Counted from the whole stretch's first letter, positions 29,701 through 43,081 are shown. The stretch: 55,156 nt of DNA, filler included, from Bipalium vagum (GCA_037834085.1; 3 parts of 3 records of this genome joined end to end with filler, not necessarily neighbours in it); one strand, 5' to 3'. Program-made: numbers and translations. The notes: generated by a model from the letters alone, not told the origin.

Positions 29701-32221
29701 TGATATTGCAACCCATATGCTAATTTTAACCGGATGAAGAGATGATTTGATATAAATAGGTGGATTTTTATTAGAACAGATTCTGCATTTTGTCTATTGA
29801 AATATCCTGATAGATGAATCCAAGCTTCATCTATAAAGAAGATAAGGGTTAATTGATCCTCTTTTTGCAGTATTTAACTCTTCACAAAATCCGTATCGTG
29901 CAACTGTCTTATCTTGTATGGGTTTAAATTACGTTTTCTACATACCACTCTGTAACAATTCCTTAACGATAATCCAGTTTCAGCAGAAAGACGTTTCAGA
30001 GATGTCTGGGGACTACGATTGACACAGTTATGAATATCATCAAGAAAATCTAAGTTAGTATGCTTCTTCTAACCTGGACGTTTCCTATCTTTCACTGATT
30101 TATTTTCACAGAAATATCTAATTAAAGACTTGATTTTTGATTTTAAGTGTTTGTCGAATTGACCTAAAAATTGTACACAATTCGCATAAATATTTGCTGT
30201 CTTCCAGGCCATGCGAAAATAGCACTCCAGTAGATAAATTCATTCATTCAGATTAAGCGGAATGTTAAACTAATAAATTGATTGCTTTAAACAAATTTAG
30301 GTTCAATAACTGCTGAGTTTGCTAAATCAGGCTATAAAGTAATGCTTTGTAGTTTGATTTTCAATGAAACACCCTGTATTAATAACTAGAAATATATTAT
30401 TTATATTAAAAAATATTTGAAAAAACTTTTTCATTACATTGGCTGTGTTAGATTTAATAATTAAAACTTCATATTGAAAATTTTAAAAATTTTAATAAAT
30501 TGAAATGGAATAAGCACTTCAACTCTTAATTTTAATTTTTAAATGAGAACATTTAATATTTTCGGAGAACACAATAATTTCTTTAAATATACGGTTTGTT
30601 CACAATAATAATAATAATAATAATCAAGATAATAGAAATGAAAAAATCGACACCAAATATATTATTATTTATTAATAATAAATATAATATTAATAGTAAA
30701 ATGGCATTTAAGTTTAAATGTGAGCTTTTAAATAAAGAATTTTTAGTGGTTTTGAAACCCAAAAATTTATAATATAATTTTTTAAAATAATTAACAACAT
30801 TTAGAAATTGGTAATTTGTTTATATGAATTACTTTAGATAGTTTTAAAATATAATTGTTATTTTTTTATATGGAAGCGCAAATTTCAAAATTTTCTGTGA
30901 AATGCCGAATGTTAAAATTTTCAGGAAGGGATTAGGCAGTGAAAACATAAATTTGTCTCTCCATCACCAAGTTGGCAAACAAATAATAAATAGTTATAGT
31001 TAAAGAATCGCAGTGTGGTGTGCAAAGCAAGACTTTTGTTTTGATAATAAAATGTTGAATAAAATACAAATCTATAACATTGTATTCATAACCTCTTTAC
31101 ACCCAGAAAATCTGTAAATAGTTTGAAATGCTTTTACTGTTGGCTATTGTTTTTATTTTTGCTATATCACAATATAGCACAAAAATAGCGCTTTTAATAT
31201 TACTTATAATTATCTTTGTATTTGTTATATTTGTGCTCAATATCAATAAATAAATATTGTAAGAATTTTTTTCACTTTAAATATTGTAATAATAACAATA
31301 ATAACCTCTTAAATCTAATTCATTAATTAAATTTAAATTCTGTTAATTACAAATTATTGACATAAAACCATCTCCCCAGGTTTTCACTCGATTAAGTAAA
31401 ATCTTTCAAAAGCGCTACAAGCTCGTTCGAATTCATTTCTTGTGGACGACCAATTCGATCTTTATACTTTCAATCAATTTCACCGTTTCTAAAGCATTTG
31501 AACCTTTCACGACATGAGCTCTTGGCCACGGTTCCATCATAAGTTTTGAAAATTAATTGGGTTGCTTCAGCTGATGTTTTTCATTGATTGAAAATGAACA
31601 AGTGAAGGATATGCACTTTATCAACTTTTATAATTATTGCTTAAATTAAGTCGGCTAATTTAAATAAATTATGAGGTCATGTATGTCAATATAATCAATA
31701 GCTATATACTTTAAAAAATGTTTCCAAATAAAGCGTATACGTTTTATTAATATTTAAAATATCACAAATAAGTGAACGATGAAACTTTTTCAAACCCTAA
31801 TATTTTATTTTAGAAATTAATTATGAAATCCTCAGAAATTTATTTTCAAAATTAAACTGCAGACATTTATTCGTATATGAAATAAATAGTAAAATGTTAT
31901 GTATTTGGTCTACTGTAATTATCTTATATTATATGGTCAATAAATGCCATTTAATATCGGAGTTTTATAATATATTTGTAAACAATTAATCGAAAGTAAT
32001 AATAATTTCAAAACTTTTCTCCTGAAATCAGAACCAGGAAATATAACAGAAATGAATCAAATTTATGTCACCGATTAGACGCGCTATATGAACTACCACA
32101 TTGAAAAAAATTATTTGTTAATTATTACAAGCACAAAATTACCGCACCTATCTTTACATATGCAGTCGATATGGTCTACCAGGGCGAGGAGTAAAGTTGA
32201 CTGATTTCCATCGTAGTTTTT
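23763..32221 (-). CDS. PDGF/VEGF-related growth factor (PVF), 5'-partial (last three exons)
   Basis: Exons 32221-32148 (KNYDGNQSTLLLALVDHIDCICKD; HxxCxC end of the PDGF/VEGF cystine knot), 25968-25834 (RCSDKKCISNFRLIKKQNSCDCECEKGREKECNMILNGRKAFNTA), 23871-23763 (DYNCIVSGKCIVPECVAGNLSDELLYLKRCPVQYYY*). Phases match (2,2). Cys-rich tail pattern recalls invertebrate VEGF-like proteins. Upstream exons not found, probably lost in the gap at 34910. Confidence 0.72.
24430..25330 (-). mobile_element. Gypsy-type pol (RT/RNaseH) remnant in PVF intron
   Basis: LKTKKNGWQ*YQMSF..AP...FHR (~KTAF..G.YQ..MPFGL.NAP..FQR) and LYLEEYVCF (~YLDDIVVF); heavily degraded. Confidence 0.45.
27400..27990 (-). mobile_element. 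MULE (Mutator-like) transposase remnant
   Basis: VCYIGIGSIKWFKNYFQFYTI (~YxDGTF..P..FxQLYTIH) and CSHFLSGLWRKILNYGLDHY (~CxFHFxQxLWRKIQxxGL). Confidence 0.6.
28150..29040 (+). mobile_element. Penelope-like element 3' remnant (GIY-YIG endonuclease)
   Basis: ANIV*QFKCHGC..VGETQRHL*TSISE (~28712-28790) and NERSIFESLQIKERQPENNIQ (~28906-28968) match Penelope GIY-YIG motifs NVVYxFxC..C..Y(I/V)GETxR and ESLxIKxxxPxLN. Confidence 0.75.
29203..30376 (-). mobile_element. Near-full-length defective Tc1/mariner-superfamily element, DD41D/rosa-like
   Basis: TIRs TA|CATGGTGTTTCATTGAAAAC and revcomp TA|CAGGGTGTTTCATTGAAAAT. Transposase pieces RSPQTSLKRLSAETGLS, LNPYKI, FFIDEAWIHLSGYFNRQN, F*QDSATYH, LWPTRSPDLTPSDYFLFG. 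Confidence 0.88.
31370..31800 (-). mobile_element. 5' fragment of mariner element
   Basis: TA|TTAGGGTTTGAAAAAGTTTC-like terminus at ~31800; KTSAEATQLIFKTYDGTVAKSSCRERFKCFRNGEID..KDRIGRPQEM (mariner HTH + GRP). Confidence 0.75.
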
Positions 32222-32559
32222 CTTAACAGTACAAACAAATATGTAATTTTACCAATATATATCAATAAAATAAAAGCTGTACACTTCTTAATACTTTTAA
32301 TAAAAATTAATGTCATAAAGAACAAATATAATAAATTTTATTTTCAGAATGGTTCCTTCAGTAATTGGATATATTGAGAATATTAAATCTTTTTAGGGCA
32401 CATTTTTATGGGAAAAAATAAAAATTTATTAATATTTGATTAAAATGAACTTATTAGAATAAAATATAAAATAAATAATTCTTTTATTAAAATATACATG
32501 TGCACATAAAATTTGATACTTAAGAAGTATAAATTCAATCCTAAAATATATATTAAATT

Positions 32560-33035
32560 TATTTGATTGGACAATAAAAATCAAGATTACATTTTTGAAA
32601 ACGATAATATTCCTGACCCGAATATAAAGAGTAGAAATGAAGAATCTGGTATTCAGTATCATATATCATGTATTATTAGTTAATAAGTATTTTTAGAAAA
32701 CTATGAAATTATAAAAATACAAATATTACAAATGTTTCGTTATTTCCATTAATATTGGATACATTGAATATAAAATTGTACACTTAAACATTCCGTCTGA
32801 TCTTACTTGGTCATCAATAAGCGTGAATCATATCGTATATCCGAACAATGTATAAGTTAAAACAGTAAAGATTGAAATAGAAAAAAATCATACATTAAAA
32901 GAGACTAATCTTCAAATCCATATTAAAAGGTAAATTGAAAAAATTATATATTAATTAAAGAAAATATATCAAATATTATATAATAATTAATTTACTAAAT
33001 ATATAGAATCATGTAAATGTCAGAATATTCTCTAG
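32560..33035 (+). pseudogene. Possible degenerate TGF-beta-superfamily C-terminal remnant
   Basis: Frameshifted pieces NCTLKH, DLTW..IVYP, KTVKIEIEKNHTLK/RLIFKSILK, and across GT-AG intron 32930-33006 ESCKCQNIL*. Contains stops; speculative. Confidence 0.25.
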
Positions 33036-33465
33036 TAAACAAAATATTTACATATTCCTATATAAAATCAGTATGTAACCAATGAAGTGGTAAATGTATC
33101 TAAAATATAGATTCATAATTATTTTCATCAGTTTAATTTATTATTGATTAACGGGTGGGGATCAGTGTGTTTCTTATTTTATAAAAACTAAATATTTTAT
33201 AATTTAAAAGGATTAAAAGAATTAAAGTGATTTTTCAATATAGAATATAATTGAATTTAAAAAATATAAAATAAAATGTGAAAATCAATTAAGAAAATAT
33301 TGAAATCTAATATCGATTTATTTAAATAATGTTAACAGATTGTTTAAAAGATATTTTTCTTCGGTTTTTTTATCGTTCTGAAAGACTAAATAATAAAATT
33401 CGTTTAAAAAAGGTAATTTCAATAACCTTTAAAAATGAAATTAATGTTGATCAAAAAAATAAATA

Positions 33466-34749
33466 CAGGATGTCCCAAAAGTCATTAGCAATTTTAATAT
33501 TATAAAATTCTATTAAATTTTGATATTTTTTATTGAATTGATGTATTAATCGATTCTTAAAATTTTATAGTCATAAAAATTCAGGTAGAATATTTCTCTT
33601 TTTTAATATTTCATTTATTTTCTTATGAAAATAAAATAGTGATATTATATTATATTATATTATCACCAAAATTCAAATAGTGATATCAATGGCACAATTA
33701 TAATCAAACACCAAGGTGACGAGACATGAATGAAAAATGAATGTATCTGATATGCCCTCAAATCTCGAAACTATTGTGAATATGTACAACAAATTTTTTA
33801 AATACTGAACTGTTCATGATTTGCAAGGAGTGGTCGACCAAGCAATGATGTGAACAAGGAAATTCTCAGTGATCATGAAATACATTCTTGTCGTGAGATT
33901 TCAAATAACCTGGGAATTTAAAAGAGTTCAGTTCATAGATCACTAAGGACAAAGCTTAATTTGATCCCATACAAATTACAGTTCCACCAAATGTTAAACA
34001 AAGAAGATTTTACAAGACGTATTTATGGTGTAACCAGATTCTGGAATTGCACCAATCCAACAAATCAATTTTAAAAAATCTCATTATGTCCGATGAGTGT
34101 ACCTTTTACGTGGATGGTTAGTCAATCGACATAATTATTGCATATAGGGAACTCAGAAACCTGGTGTGATTCTTAACAAAAATCAAAGCTCACCGAAAAT
34201 AACAATTTGGGAGGGTATGCCTTAAGGTGGTATAATTGGTCCGTACTTCTTTCGGGAAAATATCAATAGCAATAATTAAAAATTAATCCTGCAAATTTTT
34301 TTGGTGCCATCGCAAATTACGTTCTTTTTATAAAAAAGATGACACAGCACCACAGTTCGCACTTTTTGTGCCAGATTTCATAAATCGAAACTTTAAGAAA
34401 ACATGAATTGGTCTTGGTGGCACACTATCTTGTCCAGTAAGATCTCTTGATTTAACCCAACTAGGTTTTTTTCTACGGAGGTATTATAAGAATAATGTTT
34501 ATATACACCAGCCAATGAATCTACATCAATTGGAAACAATAATTATACAGAAGTTTTAGAAAATACACATTATTATGTGTTAAAATGTTATGACTGCTTT
34601 TATTGATCTTTTGTCAAATTTATTGATCTTGATGGCACACAAGTAGAGTAAAATAAAACTTAGAATGGTTTACTAGTTCATTAAAATATGTTTAGATATT
34701 TTTTTCTAAATTATGAAATTTTTATCATATAATAATAACTTTTGGGACA
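33466..34749 (+). mobile_element. Defective DD41D/rosa-like Tc1/mariner element
   Basis: Left TIR TA|CAGGATGTCCCAAAAGTCATTA, partial right TIR TAATAACTTTTGGGACA. Transposase pieces SCREISNNLGI*KSSVHRSLRTKLNLIPYKLQ, IMSDECTFYVDG, VNRHN, IIGPYFF, CPVRSLDLTQLGFFL. Confidence 0.87.
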
Positions 34750-34909
34750 AAAATTATTAATGAAGGCAAATTTAAATTAATTAAAAAAGTGATTGAGAAT
34801 TTCACAGAAATAAATAATATTAAAAACTCGTTTATTAAGAAATTCAATTGTAGAAATTGATCGTAAATCTCTGAAGTTAGATCGAGGTTTTCTAAACTTA
34901 AAATACTCA

Positions 34910-35009
34910 NNNNNNNNNNNNNNNNNNNNNNNNNNNNNNNNNNNNNNNNNNNNTTAATTAATTAANNNNNNNNNNNNNNNNNNNNNNNNNNNNNNNNNNN
35001 NNNNNNNNN
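34910..35009. other. Assembly gap with artificial TTAATTAATTAA spacer
   Basis: 44 N + TTAATTAATTAA (34954-34965) + 44 N. Confidence 0.95.
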
Positions 35010-35936
35010 CATCAAAATTTAATCAATTACAATAATATATATAATATACAGATATATGTAATGGGCAAATAATTTTGTCAAAGTGTGTAAATACATAAAT
35101 TAAGTTATTTTAAATTTATATATTTAATTGATTTAATTAGTCAATTAAAACAGTTGAAGCCTCAAGGTTGTTTTTAGATCGATTTTATTTGTTAATATCT
35201 TTTTATTTATTTTAGATTAAAAGATTATTCATATGCTCATGGACCAATTTAATAGTTATATTTAAAACTAAATATTGTTCTTACTAGTTTAAAGATCATA
35301 ATTTTATTTAATTAAAACTGAATAAAAAATAAAAACTTTCTTATTCATTATTATCAATTACTTGATATATTTTTAATTATAACTTCAGAATCAATTACTG
35401 AATATATAGCATGAATATTTTTAAACCAATTAAATATTTTATGAATCAGTCATTACTGTCACATCAATTGCTTCGGTTGCTTTGATGTCCTCATTTGAAT
35501 TTGTTGTAAAGCTTCGCTGATTTGGAATATTTATACATCCAATAACTTTTAACAATAATTTTCTTAGAAAAAAAGGTTTTGACAAATGTATAATAAATTT
35601 TTCATTTGTATATTTTTCTATTAAATTTTTGTCATTTTCTATTTTATCAGTTTATAACATTTGCATTACATTTATGCGATATCCGTTTTTATCCGCTTTT
35701 CTGTCCAGTTTTGGCATTAAAAGATTTTAAAAATAACTTTTCACCTTAATTTGCACAATATTGTCATTTATATTTTTTCACCAAAATTTAAAAACGGAAA
35801 CGGAATTGAGACGATTATTTATAGAAATAATAATGTGAAAAGAAAAAGTTCCAATTATTTTAGGAAATTCTAATGATAAATCACAAAGAAATTTAAGACA
35901 CCACTTGAAATCAACATATTTATTACCAAAACAAAA

Positions 35937-38900
35937 TCAGATACCAAATGACGGTGAAAATGATCTGATCAGATTTATGAACCAAGAATCGTCGAGATTA
36001 TAATCGGTTTCGTTCTCTAGATAATGATCAAACCCTCCTTCGCTGTTAACTGGCGGAAAAGGATCGAATGTTAAAATTTGAAGATTGTTGGTGGTGGCAT
36101 AAGACGATCCTTCGGCCAACTCCACGTAACCGGACAATGCTAAATGTCGCTTAATGGGCAACGGTATTTGACGACCGTACATTTCTATGACTCCCTTACG
36201 TTGCTTTTTGATACCGTCCATGTCCGATTCAAATTTTCCGAGCACAATGTGAGCATTCTCTTCGACCCAACTCATTATAGATGGATTTTTCCAAAAATTA
36301 ATGGATCTTTTAGAATACAACTGAAGCATAGTGCTTAACGAAGCCGGGTCGTCTTTGGCGGAGAAAATTTGCGATTTTTGGATCACATTGTCCACTTGGA
36401 TGTTGCACTCTTCTGCATAGATTGCTACAAATGTCGGGAACAAGCAAAGGGCTTGTTGTAACAATTCATTTGACCGGAGGAGATCAGCATCTATTTTCTT
36501 ATGCAGATATTTGAAATAATAACAAAGTGGCATGGAGAGTGCGAAATTCGGCAAATATTTTAGCGCCTTTTTTTCTCGAAATTGATCGTAAAATTCAATT
36601 AAGAAATCGTATTGATCACAACGAATGGCTAAATTGTCTATCATCAGCACAACGGCCAGAGGATCACAGTCAACGTTTATTCTGAAAGAAATCTAGGTTT
36701 TCTTTTAGGTTTCAAATGAAAAATGAGAATTTGAATTAATATTAATAAAATTATTATTATTATTAAAATAATGATTAATAAAAAGTGAAAGAAGTATTCC
36801 TCTTCCCAACCGTCAATCCTTATAATCGCCAAATTTTTGGAAGTTTTAAAAGTTATAATAGAAAACTCCTAGCTGCCAGTTTTGTTAACCGCCACATTTT
36901 TATAAAAAAATTTAATGATTTATTTTTATTTTTGATATGACAGCTTTGTTTTTTATTGGACATTATTTATGGTAAAACGAAATTTTGTAAAGTTAACTGT
37001 TGCTGAAAAAATGAAATTTTGAAGTACATTGAATTTTATCCTGTGTATTCAGATAACAGATAACTGTTGCATAAGTTATTAGAGGGTCTATTTCCAAAGG
37101 AATTATTTTATATCTAGACGATATCTTGAATAATATCTCAAATAATATTTATACAGGACACGTTTCATTGCTCGTATGGATCATATAACTCTATTTTTTA
37201 TGCATTTTAAAATCCTATTAGTCCGCAACTTCAAACTTGGTTAGCTAATCTGTTGGAATTCAATTTTGGATTCAAGTTCAAAAAAAGAGTATTAATGCTG
37301 ATGAATTGTCAAGATTATCATGTTTTATGTTCTCAATACCAGACGAAGCACGAGCATACAAAATTAAAAAAGCAAAAAACCATGTATATCAATGTTGTTC
37401 AGAAAAGTGATTCTAATCTGGAATTATGGGTATATTAAGAAATGAATAAAATTCAGATCTAATGATAACTGAGCTTAAATTTTTTTGACAGATGGGTGGA
37501 GAAACGAAGTTAAGACTAAGTAGCCTCTTTAATATGATGGATAATTTAGATATGGTTGATAATTTACTAGCTCAAAGAAAAATGAACAAAACTTAATAAT
37601 TATTCCCGTAAGTATCACAAAAGAAGTTGTGAGGGAGATCCATTCAGAATTGTTTCACTTTTGAAGTAAGAAGATATTCAAGTATTTAAAAATCAGTATT
37701 TTGGCCATAAATGTGAAACACAATTAAAACCTGTTAAAAGAACTAATACTGAGAAACGTCAGTGATCAAGTAAATATTTTTACAAAATGCAAGCCATGAA
37801 TCAATTAAATTAATATACTACAATAACCAAGTTTTAATGATAATATCAGGCTCTTTAAGAGAAAAAGATTGTTTTTGAAAAACTTGTTTAGTAAAATAGC
37901 GAAATAAAAGCTATTTTCGTTTGAGAATTTTTGAGTTCGCCTTAATTAATGATCAATATGAAATTATTTTTTAGAAAGACCATTATATGTCAAGTAATGG
38001 ATAAAAACTTAGAGGCTTAAAAAAATTTTCAAAATCACAAAAAAATTAAAATAGATCACCTTGAAATTGATAATTTCTTGATTTAAATGGTTTGAGTAAA
38101 AGTTAATGAAATCATTTTTTGAGGAGACCAAATATTTAAGATTTTGTATCTCCTGTGTTGATTTTCTATATCAAAAATATTTTAATAAAAAAAAATTGTA
38201 AATCTAATTTAAAAATCGATTTTAAATATTCACTTAAAATTTAAATATTTTAGTATGATTTTTGTTTTTGAAATTTTATATTTTACAGTGAACAATTAAA
38301 ATCAAGTGTAAAATAAGCACAATATGAAATGGAAGATGAGTACATTACAATTAGAAGAATTTTGATGATAGGTTATAGAAATCAACAAAGAAGAAATCTG
38401 ACTAAGAGAGGAAAAGAGTGGTTGAACATTAAAAAGGTTTTCGAGAAAAAGTTAAAAGAATCAATTTGATAGATTTTTCATAAAATAAATTAGATTTTCT
38501 CAAATTGAAGACATTATTTTTGGGCTCACCAGAATATTCGATTAAAACGAAATAAATCGTACACATAAAAAACTGTAAGAATCATTGGAATTTGTTTTGA
38601 CAGTTTTATCAAGTAGACCATTTTGTTTGAATATTTAATTTATTTATATAATTTAATTTAAATTTCATATATTTAATCGACTATTGAATATTTAGAATTA
38701 AATGTTTTACAAAATTATTATTTTTACAGCGCTTGGGAACACGTGACTCAGTCGTATCAGACAGAGGAAAAGGGCATTTTAATGATAAACCTACAACAGA
38801 ACAGGATGAATTGGTAAATAATAATGGACTTCAGATTTATTTAAATAATTTCAAAGAATATTTTTCGAACAAACATTTTATTGTGAAAAAAATTTTCCTA

Positions 38901-40945
38901 CGCATACCACCTATTTTCACCATTTCTTTTTTATAAATAAATTAGTTTTATTTACCAGTATTGACAATTTTACTTTAATCAAACAAAGAGCCAAGTCGTT
39001 CTGTTTTGAAATTTTATACTAATATTCAATTTTTATAATAAAATGAAAATAAAATATATAATGAGAATGGTTAAAATTCTTCATAAATGCTTATGCTCAA
39101 TTTTAATTATAACGTAACAAAATCAATATATTTGGAAAGCAATTCAATAGCCCTTTAATTATTACTGTGATAATTATTACAAACAATTTAAATTCTTAAT
39201 TTTTGGAAAAATATGGGTTTTTGTACTATTAATCTGAATCGAAATGGTAATTAAAAAATTTCAGAGAAATGTTACTAAAAATAAACAATATTGATTTCAA
39301 AATATCAACAAGAAAATAGAAATTTGAAAATTAAAAAATGAAATGTAATAAGACAAAACAGTTTTGAAAATTTATGAAAAATACCGTAAGTGATTTTGAA
39401 TAGTTTACAAAGGTTGCAGATAATTATTTTTGTAGCTCAAGTTCTTAAATAATGGAATGAATATTAAATGAACATTAATAATAATAATAAAAACTAAGCA
39501 TATTAATAATTATTATTAAATATCATACTGATAAGATTTAAATAATTTCAAAAACTTTACTTTAGAAGTACTTTACAGTACTCAAGAGCCGTATTGAAGC
39601 AAGATTTTTGACAAAGGTATTGAATCCATTTAAACAGAGCAATGAAAATTCCGCGATTAAGTCTGTAACGATAATCCAATAGAATGCCTTTTTTGGATAA
39701 TGACCCCTCGGTGTTAGAACCGAGAAGACTCATTCCCATGGGAGTGATAGTTTCATACACGTAGAATATTCTTTTGTACAGATCGGCAGCTAAAGTAAAG
39801 TCCTCTTGGTTGATTAAAAACACAGACATTTGAAGAAGAGTGTTCACGTGATATGGGTATTCCCGCAAGTGGTCCTGGAAGTTACCCGTTCTCATAACAG
39901 TTTTCAAAGCCTTTTCAGCTTGTAAATAATCCTTTGTGCAAGTTACAATATACCATGGAGAGTCTTTCTTTGATGGTTCCATTTGCAATCCCAACTTACT
40001 GAACGAGGTATTTGGCCAATTGACATTTCGTTTTCCAAAATTATTTTTCAATAATGCATTTTGATTTCTTTGTCGATTTCGACCATTTCGAGAATCGTTC
40101 AAGTCAACAGGCGTTCCAAACAACTGTTGCAGCTCTAGATTTTCATTTAGGAAACGAATTTTAAGAGTCAGCACATCTTTTGAACTCTAAGTTGACAAAA
40201 AAAGAAAATATAACAAGCTAAAGCATTATTTTTTAGATGTTCATTGTTGATTGTCTTTTTGAAAGACTTTAATATTCTTGAATTTATAAAAGTATAGTGC
40301 TTTGATTTCAAGATTTAATTGATAGAGCATAAAATACAAAATCATTTCTTTTTGGAATATTTTAAAATTATTTTTTTATTTTTAATGTTATAAAACCATT
40401 AATTTTCGATTTCATAAGTACAGCTTAACAAGAAAACACAACATTGATACTATAATTCAAAGTATTATTATTTCACTTTAATTTAATTAGTTAATTTAAA
40501 TTAAGAATAAAAAATACTTTAGCATGTTCACGATTAACTGTAGCAGATTCCATACAACTGAACATATCCATCTAAAATTAAATAATATATTAAATTAATA
40601 ATTAAAAAATTGTTAATACTATTTCATCTTCATCCATATCTTCAAATTTATCGCGTTTCTTTTTCTTTTTATCTGTAAATTTATTTTTTTCGGGCTTTTG
40701 CTGAGATTTGATATTTAAATCCTTTATTTTTGAAGTCTGTTTTTCTATTTGATCCTGTTCATCGCTATCTGTAGAATCAAGAATCAGCTTAGAAAATATT
40801 AAAAAAAATTATGAAAATAAATGCATACAAGATTGAATTTATTGGAGGTATATGCTCCGTTTTCGTCCACATCGACTTCCTCTTCAAAATCTTCTTTATT
40901 ATTATCATACACCTTTGAAATCTTTTTTAAAAAACGAGAAGACAT
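35937..40945 (-). CDS. TCF25: Transcription factor 25 / Nulp1 (ribosome quality control Rqc1 homolog), complete, 5 exons
   Basis: Exons 40945-40829 (MSSRFLKK...NKFNL), 40787-40620 (acidic and Lys-rich), 40571-40518, 40186-39561, 36681-35937, phase-compatible GT-AG. Motifs FLNENLELQQLFG, YPYHVNTLLQMS, LDYRYRLNRGIFIALF, CFNTALEYCKVLL, DPLAVVLMIDNLAIR, LPNFALS, LQQALCLFP, FDPFPP are TCF25 hallmarks. Confidence 0.92.
37040..37760 (+). mobile_element. Gypsy LTR-retrotransposon pol remnant (RT/RNaseH/integrase Zn-finger) in TCF25 intron 4
   Basis: YLDDIL (~37110), TRFIARMDHITL, QLQTWLANLLEFNF, SINADELSRL (~NxxADALSR), IIPVSITKEVVREIHSELFH..QYF; large internal deletions. A short GTRDSVVSDRG integrase-like piece also occurs at ~38735. 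Confidence 0.75.
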
Positions 40946-41699
40946 GTATAATAAAAATATCAAAGAATTTTAAAAAATATTCAACTTATTTAACACAATG
41001 TATGATTAAAACAAGTGATAATGAATTTGCTTAAAGCCTTTTGAATTTTAAAATAGATTAATAATATACCGAAAATTAAATTTCAATTAAAATTATTTTT
41101 AAATTCTTTTACAAATTATATTTAATATAATCATTAATTAAATCAGAACTAAAAATCCGATAATACATTAGAACATAAAAGTTAATTATTTAATATGTAC
41201 TTATATAAATGAATTTGACTTATTTAATTCAGAATTTTTTTTTTTAATAAATTAATGATTAAATAGATATTAACTTTAAATATAATAATTTTGTGCTGTG
41301 AAAGCTCATAATCACCGTGAAATAGAGAGTTCAAGACAATGCTCTCTTCAGAATATATTTGCATCAATAACTGATCATTAGAAGATATTTAGAAAATTAC
41401 AAGGTGTTATGACTCACTTTATTTCTTTCATTTAATGTCGTCGATGATCCTATTGCCATTGATATTTGAATTATCTACTCCCATTATCAAAATATACAAG
41501 TATTATTTTTATATCTGAAATAAACTTTAACATATTTTCAAGTTTATTTATTTATAATTTCAAACCATGCAATTTTATAATTTAATATACTTATTTTGAG
41601 CTTCAATAGATCTCAACTCTTTAGAAAAAGACAGCTCATCTTTTTCAAATTTTACTGAATTGAAAAGCTGTCAGATTTCTCAAAAATTAAAAACCTTCA

Positions 41700-43010
41700 A
41701 ATATGATCTAATTAAATATCAGCAATTATTTGTTAATTTTTAATTTTTATATCTCCCTCCTTTATGAAAATCTCATAACTTTCCCACATTCCCAACTGTG
41801 GCTATTTCTGAGACGATAATGTCAGTAATGGATTTTATCTGAAATTTCAAAGCAATCTTCAATGTTGACCTGATTTTTCTTTCCCTGTCCTACTTTTAAC
41901 AGGACTTGTTCTCCAATTTAAAAGTGTCTTCGAGTAGTTCCTAGTAATTGTTGCATGGCCTTATTTGTGAATTCCTCTTTGTGATCTGCTGATAACCATT
42001 TTTCGAGAAATATTATTTTTCCGTAACCATTCTGCGCTGGAGAACATACTAAAGATTGATAAGTTGCACTTAAGGTAAACTCAACCTCTTAAAAACTAGT
42101 GTGCCAGATTCCAGACTTTTCTTCTTTAAGAGTTGCTGCAAACAGTTCCTTTAAAGTTCAAAATTTTCTTTCAATAAACCCATTTGTCCGGGTCTGATAA
42201 GGACTTAAAAAATAAACTTTTGCATTCATGCTTTCCATGAATATTTTAAACAATCCACATAAATTTCCCGAAGAACTCAAAAATCAAAACCCATGCATTC
42301 CGGAATTGAACTTATTCGCTAAACTCTTCTTTGAGTTTCAATTAATCTAATTAATTTAATGTTTTCCTCAAAGGTGGAGAAGAATCTTGCAACTTTGATA
42401 AAATAAATTCGTTGAACTACAATTTTTTACAAAATTAAAATGTTTATATCTTATACTAAAAAAAACAATTTTCAACCAAAAATACGAGAAAAAATTTCAT
42501 TAAAAAACAGCAAGTGAATATCATTCGAATAGTTATTTTGCTGTATTCTCTATTTGAATTTTTGTCATTTTACTTTCAAAATTTCCTAAATTCTGCTTCG
42601 CATGCGGTAAATCAACTCAACATTTTTTTAGTTTTTCACCACAATTTTTCAATTCATTTAGGATTACTTGAATATGAATACAGTTTTCTTTTCAGAATTG
42701 TCTACCTATATTCAATATCTTGAATAATTTAGGTTTAGAGATTGTAATCGCCATTTCAATACAAATGCTTTTTTCCATTCCATAACATTTTATTGAATTT
42801 ATCAATTCATCTTATAAAATATTAAAAGAAAATTCACCTTTCCATTCTCCTGTGTATTCGGTAAAAAAATCAACTTCATTTACCGCAATGAATCTCCGAA
42901 CCATCTCAGAACCTCGTAGTTGGTTGAAAGGTTCTTTCAAATAATTTTTCAATTTCAATCATCAACATGAGCATCAACATGAGATTATGTTTACTTTCAT
43001 TTTTTATAAA
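41700..43010 (-). mobile_element. Gypsy retrotransposon remnant (integrase core, possible gag fragment)
   Basis: FKIFMESMNAK..SPYQTRTNGFIERKF*TLKELF..W..EVEFTLSATYQS..CSPA (~SPYHPQxNGxxERxNxT) at ~42250-42030. Confidence 0.7.
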
Positions 43011-43081
43011 CTGTTTGTTTGTGTTTTAAATTTAAAATCACAAATCTCACATTTATAAGTTCTATTTAATTTCTTTATATA

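Noticed and set aside
35440-35770. Minus-strand coding-like stretch downstream of TCF25 as possible PVF 5' exons
   Set aside because: Contains an in-frame stop, no signal peptide or PDGF cysteine motif, and lies across an assembly gap.
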